Part shown: in pieces, positions 62,190 through 64,000 of the stretch
Layout of the letters: every line of letters begins with the position of its first letter
Numbering within the stretch: position 1 is the stretch's first letter
Assembly (NCBI GenBank): GCA_045644085.1
Contig: JAZRGH010000011.1
Coordinates: forward strand, 2,730-66,729
Direction: 5' to 3'
Origin: Alistipes sp.
Lineage (GTDB): Bacteria; Bacteroidota; Bacteroidia; Bacteroidales; Rikenellaceae
Length of the DNA: 64,000 nt
Translations under genes and position numbers: made by a program
Notes under the pieces: model-generated
The model's input: the letters and a program-made list of their open reading frames with translations, nothing else
Told to the model about the DNA's origin: nothing
Database searches by the model: none

Positions 62190-63821
62190 ATGAAAATCAA
62201 AAACATCATCATTGCTACATTGATGGTCTGTACAAGTGTACTGACTGTATCGGCAGCAAAAAAGACGATTACCGGTACTGTAACATGTAACGGAAAAGGT
62301 GTTGCAGGCGTAGTTGTTACCGATGGTATCAACATGACCAAGACCAATGCCAATGGTGAGTATGCTTTGCCTACAAAGGTTAAGGATCCTCACTGCCAAT
62401 TTGTTCACATTTCCATTCCTTCCGGATACGAAGTTGAGCGCATAGGTAATGCTCCGCAGTTCTACAAGCGAGTAAATCCAAAGGCAAAGAAGCAGTCATT
62501 CGATTTCAAGCTCACAAAGGTTGACCAGAGTGTATATTCGGTACTCGCTTTGGGTGATCCACATTTGACAGACGTTTACGGAAAACGAGCAGATCATCGC
62601 GGCACATCCATTTACAAAGAGCACGTTGTACCTGCTATCAATGAGTATGCTGCGCAGTGTAAGCACCCTGTTTACATGGTAACATTGGGCGATATGACAC
62701 AAACCGGCACTCGTCCGGGTTGGAAAGGTCGTGAGGCTGGATACTCTTTCAAGAACTATTTGGATGATACCAAAGTTGATATTCCCCTCTTCAATGCAAT
62801 CGGAAATCACGACCACAACCACGCTCCAAAAGGAGAGATGTTCAACGACGAGACCGTATATCTCTCGCGCGAAGATTATCACCGCGAAGTAGGTCCTGAG
62901 TACTACTCATTCAATATTGGTCGTGAGCACTATGTAGTTTTCGACAACACTTTTGTAATCACAAAGGATTCTGGTCCTACAACAGACCCTAATGCAACAA
63001 AGGGCTATTGGTACAAACTCGACAAGTATCAGCACGATTGGCTCGCGAAGGATATGGCTGCTGTCAACAAAGAAGACGTTGATCGTGTAGTTATTGTAGC
63101 GCATTGCGGACTCTTCGGTTATTCAGGCAAGAAGATGCAGATGGACTTGGAGAAGGTTCTCGACAATTTCAAGGGTTACGAAGTACTCGCTCTTATCGGA
63201 CACCACCACTCTGATCACTCTATAAAGAAGACTTGGAACGATAAGCCTCTCTATCAGTTCTATCACACATCGGCAGCAGGTACTGCATGGTACACTTTCG
63301 ACAACTGTGAGGGTACTCCGGCTTCGTTTGTAGATTACACATTCAAGAATGGTAAGTTCACCAGAACATGTGTGCCTTACGGTCCAAATAAGGGCCAGCA
63401 GTATCGCATTTACGATAACCGTCATCACAAGTGGGCATACCCTATCACTGAGCGCACCGGTACAAAGCAAAAGCGTTCAACCGAGGAGGCAACAATCACC
63501 CCTGAGGACAAGCCTGCAATCCTGGTAAACGTATGGAATGCATACACTTGCAAGTTTACAGAAAGCACAGGTGGCAAGGGCAAGACAGTGAAGCGTTGCT
63601 ACGATTTGACCTTCCGCGATTGGTATTGGGACGCATACAAGAAGAGCGAGGCCGGTGAACTTCCGGTAGGTCAGCGCCTTTACAAGGCAGGTTGGCAGAC
63701 TCCAAAGCGCGGTTATCACATTTGGCGTTACATTCCTGCTGATCCTGATGCAACAATCAAGGTTGTAGCAAAAGATGCTCTCGGTAATGTTGTTGCAGAA
63801 TTTGAGGCTCACGCAAAATAG
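62190..63821 (+). CDS. Secreted calcineurin-like phosphoesterase (MetallophosN plus catalytic domain)
   Basis: Signal peptide, GVVVTDG, GDPH, LGD, GNHDH and GHHH motifs. Confidence 0.85.
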   Translation: MKIKNIIIATLMVCTSVLTVSAAKKTITGTVTCNGKGVAGVVVTDGINMTKTNANGEYALPTKVKDPHCQFVHISIPSGYEVERIGNAPQFYKRVNPKAKKQSFDFKLTKVDQSVYSVLALGDPHLTDVYGKRADHRGTSIYKEHVVPAINEYAAQCKHPVYMVTLGDMTQTGTRPGWKGREAGYSFKNYLDDTKVDIPLFNAIGNHDHNHAPKGEMFNDETVYLSREDYHREVGPEYYSFNIGREHYVVFDNTFVITKDSGPTTDPNATKGYWYKLDKYQHDWLAKDMAAVNKEDVDRVVIVAHCGLFGYSGKKMQMDLEKVLDNFKGYEVLALIGHHHSDHSIKKTWNDKPLYQFYHTSAAGTAWYTFDNCEGTPASFVDYTFKNGKFTRTCVPYGPNKGQQYRIYDNRHHKWAYPITERTGTKQKRSTEEATITPEDKPAILVNVWNAYTCKFTESTGGKGKTVKRCYDLTFRDWYWDAYKKSEAGELPVGQRLYKAGWQTPKRGYHIWRYIPADPDATIKVVAKDALGNVVAEFEAHAK

Positions 63822-63830
63822 GCATAAAAT

Positions 63831-64000
63831 ATGAGAATTATAAAATCCATACTAATAATGGTAATGGCGGTATGTTTGAGCATACCGCCTGCCTTTGCTG
63901 CCAAAAAGAGTGTTACGGGAACCGTTACATGTGAGGGCAAGGGCATTGCAGGAGTGGTCGTTACTGACGGTGTTAACATGACCAAGACCAATGATAAAGG
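63831..64000 (+). CDS. Tandem paralog of the preceding phosphoesterase, 3'-truncated by the window edge
   Basis: Reads MRIIKSILIMVMAVCLSIPPAFAAKKSVTGTVTCEGKGIAGVVVTDGVNMTKTN, nearly identical to the start of the mature 62190 protein. Not in the provided ORF track. Confidence 0.8.
   Translation, partial: MRIIKSILIMVMAVCLSIPPAFAAKKSVTGTVTCEGKGIAGVVVTDGVNMTKTNDK

Overview
A 64-kb chromosomal window from a Bacteroidota genome. The TAnnTTTG promoters, gene content and gene order suggest Rikenellaceae/Alistipes-like, which is an inference. Most of it is housekeeping genes (argS, obgE, yidC, hpt, queE, thiL, aroQ, ackA, fabI, rlmB, rpe, fabD, ppa, panB, ligA, dapA, radA, rseP, dxr). Interspersed are secreted or lipoprotein accessory genes: two heparinase II/III-type lyases, four calcineurin-like phosphoesterases, a BACON-LRR lipoprotein and a clostripain-family peptidase. 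I saw no rRNA, tRNA, CRISPR array, integrase or transposase. The best candidate for an undescribed system is a small AT-rich islet between radA and rseP (about 55300-57790). There, a consensus Bacteroidota promoter drives a ~280-nt leader that can fold into a ~210-nt imperfect rod-like hairpin. It is followed by a stand-alone HsdR_N-type PD-(D/E)xK nuclease with an extra C-terminal domain and a translationally coupled membrane protein, and is flanked by periodic inverted-repeat elements. A second unexplained signal is a set of eight degenerate 7-bp tandem arrays upstream of genes, always T-rich on the sense strand; seven lie just upstream of a TAnnTTTG box. All functional calls come from motif recognition by eye; no database search or folding program was run.
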